Positions 38,522 to 46,563 are shown, numbered from the stretch's first letter. The stretch: 64,000 nucleotides of DNA from Chitinophagaceae bacterium (GCA_017495115.1 JAFEIJ010000015.1:3553-67552); one strand, 5' to 3'. Numbers and translations are program-made. The notes: a model not told the origin generated them from the letters alone.

Positions 38522-40351
38522 ATGGCAAAAAACATTGAACCAACTCTGAAATTAATAAGCAAATTCCTTAAACTCGACAAATCCGAAAACTTTGTAATTC
38601 CTGAATATCAGCGTGGTTACTCTTGGGACATAGCTCAATGTGATAAATTATGGCAAGATATTGAAGCGTTTATTGCTTCTAACGCAAGCGATCCGTATTT
38701 TTTCGGTACAATCATTGTAGATTGTTCAGAAACTCACAAATTCAGCTTAATTGACGGACAACAACGCACAACGACTTTTTTGTTATTACTTAAAGCTTTG
38801 TTAATACAATTAAATGAAGCGATTCCAAAAGTTTCTGACGATGAGGAATCAGAAGCACTTAAAGCAGGACTAAAAGCCAACAGAAATAAAATTATGGCGA
38901 TTTTGTATAAAGCAGAAGATGAAGACATTCCTTCAATGCTAAAAGATTATGCTAAAACGCAAAACATTTTGATAATAGAAAATAAATCAATAAACGAATT
39001 ATTTCCAAATGAAGTAAAAACAATTATTGAAGCCGCAGACTTCATTTCATCTGAACAGAACGTCTATAAAATTCCACGAAAACAAAAAGACAATAAATAC
39101 ACAAATCACTTTCGCAACTTCAAATATTTTTTTAGCAAATTAGGCGAAAAGCCAGAATCTCAACTAAACCAATTTGCGAAAATATTTTTGGAGAAATGCC
39201 AAGTTATTGAAATTCGCAGTTGGCAAATTGAGCAAGCGATTACTATGTTTAATTCGCTAAACTCTACTGGTATGCCACTTTCTGATGCCGACATAATTTC
39301 TGCACAACTATACTCAAATGCTGGGGATGACAAAAAGGTGTTTAATGACCAATGGGAAAGTATCAATAAATTAGCAAATGAACTAAGTAACCGAAAAATC
39401 ATAGATATTGATGCTGTTTTGCAACAATTTATGTATATCAACCGTGCCATTAACAAGGAATATATAAGTATAAACAAAGAAGGAAATGAATCAGTTGATG
39501 TAACAACACCAGGTTTAAGAAGATATTATACTGACATTAAAAAAGAATTATTGAATGAACCATTGATGTTGTGTAATGACTTAGCTAAAATCACAACTAT
39601 TTGGAACAACATTAAAGATTATCCGACCGTAAAATTGCTTTTAAAATGTAACGAAAATGCTAAGTTATTTTTGTCAGCATATTTACATCGTTACGAAATC
39701 ACAGAAATCACAGAAGAAATTATTTTAGACTTGTGTGAGTGTTTACTAAGATTATTTACAATTTTAGAATTGAGTGATGCTGGTTATTCAAGTTCTAAAT
39801 TTAAGACGTTTTTGTTTGGTGAGAACATTAAATTAGTTGACAAAAATGTTTCAATTGACACTATCAAAAATAATTTCAATGAACATATTTCAAACAATTG
39901 GAAAGAAGACACAATTTCAGATGCAATTATTGAATATGATAAAAATTTACTTGTTTTTATTAACGAATATCTTTACTCTAAAACCAAAGGAACAAAGTTT
40001 GACTTTACAGAAAATGTAAACATTGAACATATAATGCCTTCAAGTGGTCGCAATATAACGACAATACAACAAGACGCAAATATTGCTACCAAAGAAGAGT
40101 TTAATAGTGTAGTAAACAAACTTGGAAACAAAATATTACTTGAAGAAGACATAAATAAGTCAATTGGACGAGAATGGTTCAAGACAAAAAAGCAAAATTC
40201 AATTGATAACAAATCTGGTTTCAAGGATAGTAAATATAGTATTGCTTTGGCATTAACATCATATCCAAAAGAAACTTGGACAAAAGACGATATTGACACT
40301 GCAACATTAAAAGCTACAGAACGAATAGTGGAATTTATATTTAACAAATAG
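38522..40351 (+). CDS. GmrSD-like DUF262 / DUF1524 domain protein (putative modification-dependent or NTP-dependent nuclease)
   Basis: N-terminal FVIPEYQRGYSW and IDGQQRTTT (DUF262, ParB-like NTPase). C-terminal NIEHIMP...NKLGNKILLEEDINKS (DUF1524 His-Me finger). ATG 38522 (MAKNIEP) is preferred to the ORF-track start 38381, whose extension is low-complexity. Confidence 0.8.
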   Translation: MAKNIEPTLKLISKFLKLDKSENFVIPEYQRGYSWDIAQCDKLWQDIEAFIASNASDPYFFGTIIVDCSETHKFSLIDGQQRTTTFLLLLKALLIQLNEAIPKVSDDEESEALKAGLKANRNKIMAILYKAEDEDIPSMLKDYAKTQNILIIENKSINELFPNEVKTIIEAADFISSEQNVYKIPRKQKDNKYTNHFRNFKYFFSKLGEKPESQLNQFAKIFLEKCQVIEIRSWQIEQAITMFNSLNSTGMPLSDADIISAQLYSNAGDDKKVFNDQWESINKLANELSNRKIIDIDAVLQQFMYINRAINKEYISINKEGNESVDVTTPGLRRYYTDIKKELLNEPLMLCNDLAKITTIWNNIKDYPTVKLLLKCNENAKLFLSAYLHRYEITEITEEIILDLCECLLRLFTILELSDAGYSSSKFKTFLFGENIKLVDKNVSIDTIKNNFNEHISNNWKEDTISDAIIEYDKNLLVFINEYLYSKTKGTKFDFTENVNIEHIMPSSGRNITTIQQDANIATKEEFNSVVNKLGNKILLEEDINKSIGREWFKTKKQNSIDNKSGFKDSKYSIALALTSYPKETWTKDDIDTATLKATERIVEFIFNK

Positions 40352-40460
40352 AAACACCGAACCGCTAACAGCAGTTTGGCATAATGGCGGGTTCAGTGCT
40401 AAATTGAAAGTAAGTGCTTCTAAATCCGCCACTTCTCCAAGCTGCAAAACGGTTGGCGGT
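40352..40460 (+). repeat. element A: 109-nt GC-rich imperfect palindrome (attC-like) after the GmrSD-like gene
   Basis: Three stem segments read by hand: ACCGCTAAC (40361-69) / GTTGGCGGT (40452-60); GCAGTTTGG (40371-79) / CCAAGCTGC (40437-45); TGGCGG (40385-90) / CCGCCA (40426-31). There is a 6-nt one-sided bulge AAAACG. It starts 1 nt after the stop codon. Confidence 0.75.
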
Positions 40461-40491
40461 AATGCTAAATAACATTGTGTAAAAATAAACT

Positions 40492-42009
40492 ATGGCAAAA
40501 AAGAAAAGCAGGATTAGACAAACTAGAACAAGTTTTCAGAAAGTTTTCGATAATTATCCTGATATGATACGACCATTTTCTTGGTCAGATAGATTGCCTG
40601 AATTTTTACATATATCTATTGCTCTAATAGATAATGACTATGAGGTTGTTAAGGAAGATTTTCATAAGATTGCAGACCTAGTAAATGGGAAATTTCATTA
40701 CGATAGAAAGTTTCATTTTAATCTTTCACATACTTTAAAATTAATTGTAGAAGATAATAGCATTCTAGACGAAATATTAAAAACATCATTTAAAACTGCA
40801 TTTCAACAAATAATTTTATTCTATAATAATTTGTTTCGTGATTTATTAAATTTAAAGGTGAATATTAATAGTGAGCCAGATCGTCGGAATATTTTTTTAG
40901 GATATAAATCAATACTAAATGGTAGATCTGATACATCAATATTATGCAAATACATGATGTTGCAATATACACAAACTGGTAATCCAGATCCATTTAATTT
41001 ATTCAACTGGGATACCACAGAAATCATACTTAACAAATTGAATGTTTCCAAAGTTATGTCTGCTTTTTCTCCATCTATTGGACTTTCAGAATATTTAGAT
41101 TTAGAACTTTGTGAAAACATATGGTTATATAATTATTACCTCTCTCCTCCTATGCCAAAACCTGATGATACTACGATTGAAGAACTACATTATAAAGAAT
41201 TAAAAATGAAGGAATTCACAGATAATTTTATTGATTTATTTGCGGAAATAAAAAAAATTAATCTTTTAGAATTTTATACCCCTTTTATAGCAGAAGTCAA
41301 TATGGGATTCATCGCTAGGATAGGCAATTTAACTATAGATACTGTCGACCTAGTAAAAATTCATAAAGGAGAAATTGCAGAAATGGTATTTAGAGTAACA
41401 TTAGAAACATTTATTGTTGGTTCATGGTTATTAACAAAACAGGACATAGAATTACATAAAAGATTTAGAGATTTTAGTACTGGGAGACAACGATTTTTTG
41501 GTGAGCAAGTTCTTCAAAAAGCGACAAGTGATAGAATGAAAAATGAGGCGAAAAGTATTATTGATGATGCTATAGAAGATTCTGGCAGAAGACACATTGA
41601 CGTTGCTACTGAGAAAGGAGATGTTTTTGACATAAATATAATGCAAATGTCCAACGAAGTATGGGGTGAAGAAAATATCTATTATTTTTTATACAAAAGG
41701 TCATCAGAAGTTACACATGGTCGATGGGAAATAATCGCAAAATATCATTTAGCAAAAAGCTACAATCCAACACACAATGGATTATATTTTTACAATGAAA
41801 ATCCTAACCGATTTGCTGGACTAATTCCAGCGTTCGGAAGTCTTATTTTAGCTACTGATTTTTTGATTAGAATAATTAATGATATCAATGACGAAAGATA
41901 TAATGAACTTACTGAAAAATTAAATAACTATTATTATAGATTATATGAGCAATATATGGTTTACTATAATGATTATGTATTAAACGATAATAAAAATAAA
42001 GCAGAATAA
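40492..42009 (+). CDS. hypothetical protein, family unknown; C-terminal half HEPN-like (DUF5677/AbiV-like?)
   Basis: 505-aa ORF with a clean ATG and no overlap. The only motifs I can point to are FRVTLE (R301..E305) and YKRSSEVTH (R403-x5-H409), which together resemble the helix-1 R..E and Rx4-6H signatures of HEPN-type Abi proteins. Nothing is recognised in the N-terminal 250 aa. Confidence 0.6.
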   Translation: MAKKKSRIRQTRTSFQKVFDNYPDMIRPFSWSDRLPEFLHISIALIDNDYEVVKEDFHKIADLVNGKFHYDRKFHFNLSHTLKLIVEDNSILDEILKTSFKTAFQQIILFYNNLFRDLLNLKVNINSEPDRRNIFLGYKSILNGRSDTSILCKYMMLQYTQTGNPDPFNLFNWDTTEIILNKLNVSKVMSAFSPSIGLSEYLDLELCENIWLYNYYLSPPMPKPDDTTIEELHYKELKMKEFTDNFIDLFAEIKKINLLEFYTPFIAEVNMGFIARIGNLTIDTVDLVKIHKGEIAEMVFRVTLETFIVGSWLLTKQDIELHKRFRDFSTGRQRFFGEQVLQKATSDRMKNEAKSIIDDAIEDSGRRHIDVATEKGDVFDINIMQMSNEVWGEENIYYFLYKRSSEVTHGRWEIIAKYHLAKSYNPTHNGLYFYNENPNRFAGLIPAFGSLILATDFLIRIINDINDERYNELTEKLNNYYYRLYEQYMVYYNDYVLNDNKNKAE

Positions 42010-42010
42010 A

Positions 42011-42180
42011 AGCACTAAAGCACTACCTCCAACACAGGTTTTGCAAGATTGCGACTTCTGGACTTAATTTGAAGTTGGTTTTGTATCTTTGAATTCAGTG
42101 TTTAACCGAAAGGTTCGGTTTCATTAGTCCGCAACCTCGCAAAGCCTGGGGACGTATAGCGAACCGCAGAAACCGACCGA
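42011..42180 (+). repeat. element B: divergent member of the same family after the 505-aa gene
   Basis: It shares ..CCAACAcaGGTTTTGCAAgA...CTTAATTtGAAG with elements A and C. Segmented stem 42035-42064 / 42126-42148 (CAGG/CCTG, TTTTGC/GCAAAG, TTGC/GCAA, GGACT/AGTCC). Inner perfect hairpin AACCGAA-AGG-TTCGGTT (42104-42120). Confidence 0.6.
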
Positions 42181-42210
42181 AAATTCAGCAAAAAAAAGAA
42201 ATTAAAATCG

Positions 42211-42235
42211 TAAATTTGCGACTTATATAAATTTG
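42211..42235 (+). promoter_or_regulatory. two tandem -7-like boxes TAAATTTG (42211-42218 and 42228-42235) upstream of the methyltransferase gene
   Basis: Both match TAnnTTTG. The proximal box is 12 nt before ATG 42248. They lie just after repeat element B. Confidence 0.5.
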
Positions 42236-42247
42236 ACAATTTAAAGA

Positions 42248-44404
42248 ATGAATTTAATAGATACGGGAATAGAAAAAGGACTAATTTGTTTTGACGAAGA
42301 CAAGAACTTTATCACTTACATACACCAAAATAAGAAAAGGAATTACAACAATCCCGAAGAAAAAGTACAAGCTGAAACTTTTTTGACTTTGGTGCTTATT
42401 TACGGCTACCCTGTAAACAGAATTAAACAATTTCTTTCTGTTCAAATGGGTTCAGAAACGAAAGAAGCCGACATTGCAGTTTATTCAGACGATGATTGCC
42501 ACGACACTTATATTTTAGTAGAGTGCAAAAAAGAAGATTTAACCGACCAACAATTTAACATAGCTGTTGACCAAGCATACAGTTATGCAGTTGCAGAAGG
42601 TGCAAAATATGTTTGGACAACTTCACGAATTAAAAACCAGTATTACGAAGTACCCGACAAGAAGCCAAAAAGCAGAATTGAAATTCCAGATATTCCACAA
42701 TTTGGAATTGACAAATTGGCGAAATACAAATATGTAAAAGGCGGTATTTCTCAAACTGACACAGATGCAAAACCAACCAATATTGTAAGTGAACCCGACC
42801 CAAATGTAACGCAGAAATTTTTTGAGTTGCAAGTGGTTAGCGAAAGCGAACTAACAAAAATATTTATCCAATCACACCAAGCACTTTGGGGCGGTGGTCA
42901 ACGAAACCCAAGTGTTGCATTTGACGAATTAGATAAACTCATTTTTTGTAAAATTTGGGATGAAAAACACCCAAGAAAAAACGGAGAACCCTATGATTTT
43001 CAAATTTTTAGAGACGAAGACCCCGAAGATTTATTAGACAGAGTAAAGAAAATTTATGCAGTTGGCGAAAAAGAAGCACCCGAAGTTTTCAAAGACGGTA
43101 TTACACTTACAGCACAAGAAACGCTGACGATTGTAAAATATTTTCAACGGATAAACCTTAATAAAACTGACCTTGACAGCAAAGGAAAAGCCTTTGAAAC
43201 CTTTATGGGCAGTTATTTTCGTGGCGACTTTGGACAATATTTCACACCAAGACCAATCGTAAAATTTATAGTTGACAGTTTGCCCATTACCCACAAAGCA
43301 AGGGTTTTAGATACCAGTTGTGGTAGCGGTGGTTTTTTGCTTTACGCATTAGACAAAGTAAGAGAGCAAGCCAACGAATTTTACGATATTAAAACCGAAC
43401 CAGTGGAGCATAAAGCACATTGGCATAACTTTGCCGAAAAAAATCTTTTTGGCATTGAAATAAACGACCAAATAGCCCGAACTGCCAAAATGAATATGAT
43501 TATTCACGATGACGGACACACCAATGTAATTGCTTCTGATGGACTTTTGAGTGATGTAGAAATGCAAGTAAAATCGGGTAACAAAGAATTTAAGTACAAT
43601 TCGTTTGACTACATAATTACCAATCCACCTTTTGGCAGTAGCATAAAACAAACCGAAAAAGCCTATTTGCACCAATACAATTTGGGTAAAAAAGACGAAG
43701 ATTGGTTGGCTGTAAAAGCACTTAAAGAAACTACAAGAGATAGCCAAAGTACCGAAGTATTATTTTTGGAGCAATGTCATAAGTTTTTGGTAGAGTTTGG
43801 AATGATGGCTGTGGTAATACCTGACGGAATTTTAACTAATAGCAGTTTGCAATATGTACGAGACAATTTGGAAGAAATGTACCGTATTGTAGCCGTTGTA
43901 TCTATGCCACAAACAGCCTTTAGTGCCACAGGTGCAGGTGTAAAAAGTTCGGTTTTGTTTTTGCGTAAACATAAAACCAAACAAACCGAAAAAATAAGCA
44001 ACCAAAAAGCCAAACTAAAATTAGACGTAAAAACCGACAATAAATATATTGCAACGGTAGAAAAATGGGATAAGGAAAAAGCACAAGCCATAAAAAAATT
44101 GGAAGACGAAGCCAAAACCAAAAACCCAAAGGCAACAAAAAAAGAAATTACAGAAATGATACAAGCCGACAAGTCGGCTGTACAATCTGCATTTACCGAC
44201 AAAGTAAATTTGTTTAAAGAAGAACTAACCGAAAAGTATTTTCTTGCCAAGCAAACTGCCCTTGACGATTACCCTATATTTATGGCAATAGCCGAAGATA
44301 TTGGTTACGATGCCACAGGTAGAAACACCAATAATAATGAACTAATAGAAATAGGTAAAGAACTACAAAAGTTTATTGCTCATATAAACAAGACCGAAAA
44401 GTAA
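42248..44404 (+). CDS. hsdM: N6-adenine DNA methyltransferase (HsdM/gamma-class) with an N-terminal HSDR_N-like PD-(D/E)xK domain
   Basis: Motif I is LDTSCGSGGFL and motif IV is ITNPPFGS. The N-terminal ~135 aa carry EAD(75)IAVY...YILVE(92)CK(94), a PD-(D/E)xK-like pattern as in the type I R-protein N-terminal domain. A Lys-rich coiled-coil insert lies near the C-terminus. It ends 1 nt before hsdS. Confidence 0.85.
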   Translation: MNLIDTGIEKGLICFDEDKNFITYIHQNKKRNYNNPEEKVQAETFLTLVLIYGYPVNRIKQFLSVQMGSETKEADIAVYSDDDCHDTYILVECKKEDLTDQQFNIAVDQAYSYAVAEGAKYVWTTSRIKNQYYEVPDKKPKSRIEIPDIPQFGIDKLAKYKYVKGGISQTDTDAKPTNIVSEPDPNVTQKFFELQVVSESELTKIFIQSHQALWGGGQRNPSVAFDELDKLIFCKIWDEKHPRKNGEPYDFQIFRDEDPEDLLDRVKKIYAVGEKEAPEVFKDGITLTAQETLTIVKYFQRINLNKTDLDSKGKAFETFMGSYFRGDFGQYFTPRPIVKFIVDSLPITHKARVLDTSCGSGGFLLYALDKVREQANEFYDIKTEPVEHKAHWHNFAEKNLFGIEINDQIARTAKMNMIIHDDGHTNVIASDGLLSDVEMQVKSGNKEFKYNSFDYIITNPPFGSSIKQTEKAYLHQYNLGKKDEDWLAVKALKETTRDSQSTEVLFLEQCHKFLVEFGMMAVVIPDGILTNSSLQYVRDNLEEMYRIVAVVSMPQTAFSATGAGVKSSVLFLRKHKTKQTEKISNQKAKLKLDVKTDNKYIATVEKWDKEKAQAIKKLEDEAKTKNPKATKKEITEMIQADKSAVQSAFTDKVNLFKEELTEKYFLAKQTALDDYPIFMAIAEDIGYDATGRNTNNNELIEIGKELQKFIAHINKTEK

Positions 44405-44405
44405 T

Positions 44406-45851
44406 ATGAGCAGTTACACAATTTCTAACCCAGCACTCAACCCAAAACGAGTTTTTATTTTGCAAAAAAGCGAATTGGAAAAACGATGGGACTCATACTT
44501 TTATTTGCCACAATTCAAAATCTTAGAAGATAAATTAAAGAAAAAAAATGTAAAGTGTATTTCACAAATAGCTGAAAGAGTGTTTTCAGGTTCTACCCCT
44601 TTAAGTAAAGGAGATTCATATACTGAAGACAAGATAAATGGTATACCGTTTGTAAGAAGTGGCGACTTTACAATTGAAGGCTCAATTGATTTTAATAATT
44701 TAGTATATTTAAAATCAGAAATTCATACAACACAATTAAAATCTTCTCAACTAAAAGAAAATGATTTACTTTTTGCAATTGTTGGTGCTACAATTGGGAA
44801 AGTAGGAGTTTATAAAAGTGATAGACCTGCAAATATCAATCAAGCAATTTGTGCAGTAAGAATAAAATCAAATTATAATATTGATTATCTAAACGCATAC
44901 TTTCAAACGAAATTAGGTCAAAGTCTAATTGACAGAATTAAAAGACCAGTAGCAAGAGCAAATGTAAATCTTGACGAAATTTCCACATTACCTATAATTT
45001 TACCAGATGAGGTTATACAGCAAAAAGTAATTTCTATATTCAATAGTTCATTATCCCAAAAACAAACCAACGAAGCCGAAGCCGAAAAACTATTGGCAAG
45101 TATTGATGATTATTTATTAGGCGAGTTGGGTATTACTTTGCCGACACCACCCGAAAATACGTTGAAGAGTAGGATGTTTATTGCAAACAGTAAAGACATT
45201 TTGGGAAGTAGATTTGACCCACATTTTAATAAAACTTTCTACAATGAAGTTTTCAATTCCTTTTCAAAAAGCAAATTCAAGGTTTTAAAAATTAAAGATG
45301 TTTTAGAAAACATCAAAACAGGAACAACACCAAATCAAAAGTTAGAACCTTATGCAGACGAAAACGGAATTGTATTTTTAAGAAACACTAATCTTAAAAA
45401 ATACAACATTGATTTATCCGACACAAAATTTATAAAAACTGAGTTAGCAAAAGAATTGACATATTCAGTAAAAGACGAAGTAATTATGTGTATTGCAGGA
45501 ACAGTCGGACTTTCAGCAGTAAATAAAATAGATAAGCCATTTTCAATCAATCAAAATGTTTCGGCATTAAAGTTTTTTGACAATCATATAAACCCTGACT
45601 TCGCTTCATATTGGTTTAATACGGATATTTTTCTAGAACTAACAAAAAGGGCTTGTTCTGTGGCGACAATTTTTTATTTAAATAACGACAATTTAAAACT
45701 TTTACCAATCCCTGTTCCACCCATTAACAAACAAAAAGAAATAGCCGAGCATATAACCAATATAAGAAACCAAGCCCAAGCACTAAAAGACCAAACCAAA
45801 GACTTGCTCAAAAAAGCTAGTGAAGAAATAGAAGAAATATTACTAGACTAA
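44406..45851 (+). CDS. hsdS: restriction-modification specificity subunit (HsdS, two target-recognition domains)
   Basis: 481 aa. Duplicated TRD architecture with two conserved helical spacers (NEAEAEKLLASIDDYLLGELGI and IRNQAQALKDQTKDLLKKASEEIEEILL). Translationally coupled to the methyltransferase. Confidence 0.85.
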   Translation: MSSYTISNPALNPKRVFILQKSELEKRWDSYFYLPQFKILEDKLKKKNVKCISQIAERVFSGSTPLSKGDSYTEDKINGIPFVRSGDFTIEGSIDFNNLVYLKSEIHTTQLKSSQLKENDLLFAIVGATIGKVGVYKSDRPANINQAICAVRIKSNYNIDYLNAYFQTKLGQSLIDRIKRPVARANVNLDEISTLPIILPDEVIQQKVISIFNSSLSQKQTNEAEAEKLLASIDDYLLGELGITLPTPPENTLKSRMFIANSKDILGSRFDPHFNKTFYNEVFNSFSKSKFKVLKIKDVLENIKTGTTPNQKLEPYADENGIVFLRNTNLKKYNIDLSDTKFIKTELAKELTYSVKDEVIMCIAGTVGLSAVNKIDKPFSINQNVSALKFFDNHINPDFASYWFNTDIFLELTKRACSVATIFYLNNDNLKLLPIPVPPINKQKEIAEHITNIRNQAQALKDQTKDLLKKASEEIEEILLD

Positions 45852-45873
45852 ATAGACAAACGACACGAAGAAA

Positions 45874-46014
45874 AAACACCGAACCGCTAACAGCCGTTTT
45901 GCAAAAGCTGGGGTTTAGTGCTTAATTGAAGCTTTGTGCTTCGAATCAAGTTCAGTGCTGGCAGACAGTTTTGTGCTTCGAAAACCGCTTCTTCGCCAAG
46001 CGCCGAAACGTTAT
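45874..46014 (+). repeat. element C: ~140-nt member of the same family after hsdS
   Basis: Its first 21 nt, AAACACCGAACCGCTAACAGC (45874-45894), are identical to 40352-40372. The central unit GTTyAGTGCT..TTTGTGCTTCGAA is duplicated (TTTGTGCTTCGAA at 45933-45945 and 45970-45982). It ends ...CCGAAACGTTAT. Confidence 0.75.
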
Positions 46015-46022
46015 TTGCTCTA

Positions 46023-46057
46023 CTCGTCCTCGTCTTAGCGAAGTGATGACGAGGATG
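46023..46057 (+). repeat. GC-rich hairpin element D2 (inverted copy of D1)
   Basis: CTCGTCCTCGTCTTAGCGAAGTGATGACGAGGATG, with stem TCCTCGTC/GACGAGGA. It directly abuts element C. Confidence 0.7.
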
Positions 46058-46139
46058 CATAAGTGTGAAATGAAATTTAAAGGATTAAATTAAAAGTTTT
46101 TTATTTCATAAACATATTTATTGCATTTTCAAAAACTTA

Positions 46140-46541
46140 CTATTTCTTTTTCTTCAGTTGATTCCATCTTAAGCTAACGCCTACTCCAATATTCCATTGA
46201 CCATTTTGTGTTGCCGTTTTTGGGTTATAATACAAAGGAATTTGAAATGCTACGGCACGATACGAATAGGTGAGTCCAATGCCTAAAGTTGGCGTTACAA
46301 AAGCATTTTTTGTAGTTCCTTGATCTTCTTTAAAACGAAGTGAAGGCAACATACTTAACATTACTTTGGAGTCATTTAAATTAGCGGTTATGCTTGGTCC
46401 TGCAAAATTTAAATATCCACCTTGATTCACATAACCAACAACTAAAACACCATCGAAGGGTAATAAATTGATTTTAGTATCTTGAGCATATAGCCAAGAA
46501 CTAACTATTAATAGAAAAACGGTAAAATATTGTTTTTTCAT
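46140..46541 (-). CDS. small secreted / outer-membrane beta-strand protein (hypothetical)
   Basis: Signal peptide MKKQYFTVFLLIVSSWLYAQ. Alternating hydrophobic pattern. A CAAAAATA box lies 14 nt upstream. Confidence 0.45.
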   Translation of the reverse strand: MKKQYFTVFLLIVSSWLYAQDTKINLLPFDGVLVVGYVNQGGYLNFAGPSITANLNDSKVMLSMLPSLRFKEDQGTTKNAFVTPTLGIGLTYSYRAVAFQIPLYYNPKTATQNGQWNIGVGVSLRWNQLKKKK

Positions 46542-46555
46542 TTTTAAATTTTCAT

Positions 46556-46563
46556 CAAAAATA
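46556..46563 (-). promoter_or_regulatory. -7 box TATTTTTG (small OMP gene)
   Basis: CAAAAATA on the plus strand. 14 nt upstream of ATG 46541. Confidence 0.5.

Larger units (their letters stand above)
38446..46057 (+). other. defence-type accessory islet (GmrSD-like + unknown + MTase + HsdS) with cassette-like repeat punctuation
   Basis: Four co-oriented accessory genes sit between the core genes mutS2 and serS. My spot counts of single 60-nt lines inside the methyltransferase gene gave 42-43% G+C, against 20-30% for lines in der and serS. No sliding-window calculation was done. Confidence 0.6.

Noticed and set aside
43034-44250. Unusually long antisense ORFs (86, 132, 157 and 72 aa) on the minus strand inside the methyltransferase gene.
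   Set aside because: They lie entirely within a well-supported sense CDS. The sense strand here is Lys/Glu-rich (AAA/GAA codons), which removes stop codons from the antisense frames. The products are low-complexity Phe/Leu-rich strings with no motifs.
44541-44548. A8 homopolymer in the 5' part of hsdS as a phase-variation switch.
   Set aside because: A/T runs of this length are common throughout this AT-rich window (several A8-A10/T8-T10 runs in housekeeping genes and spacers), so it is not distinctive.
28273-46057. The inverted D1/D2 hairpin copies as boundaries of a 17.7-kb mobile or invertible segment.
   Set aside because: The interval contains core genes (der, bamD, rpoZ, coaC, mutS2) in typical flavobacterial order. 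The repeats are only ~36 nt and imperfect. They are more likely dispersed REP-like elements.
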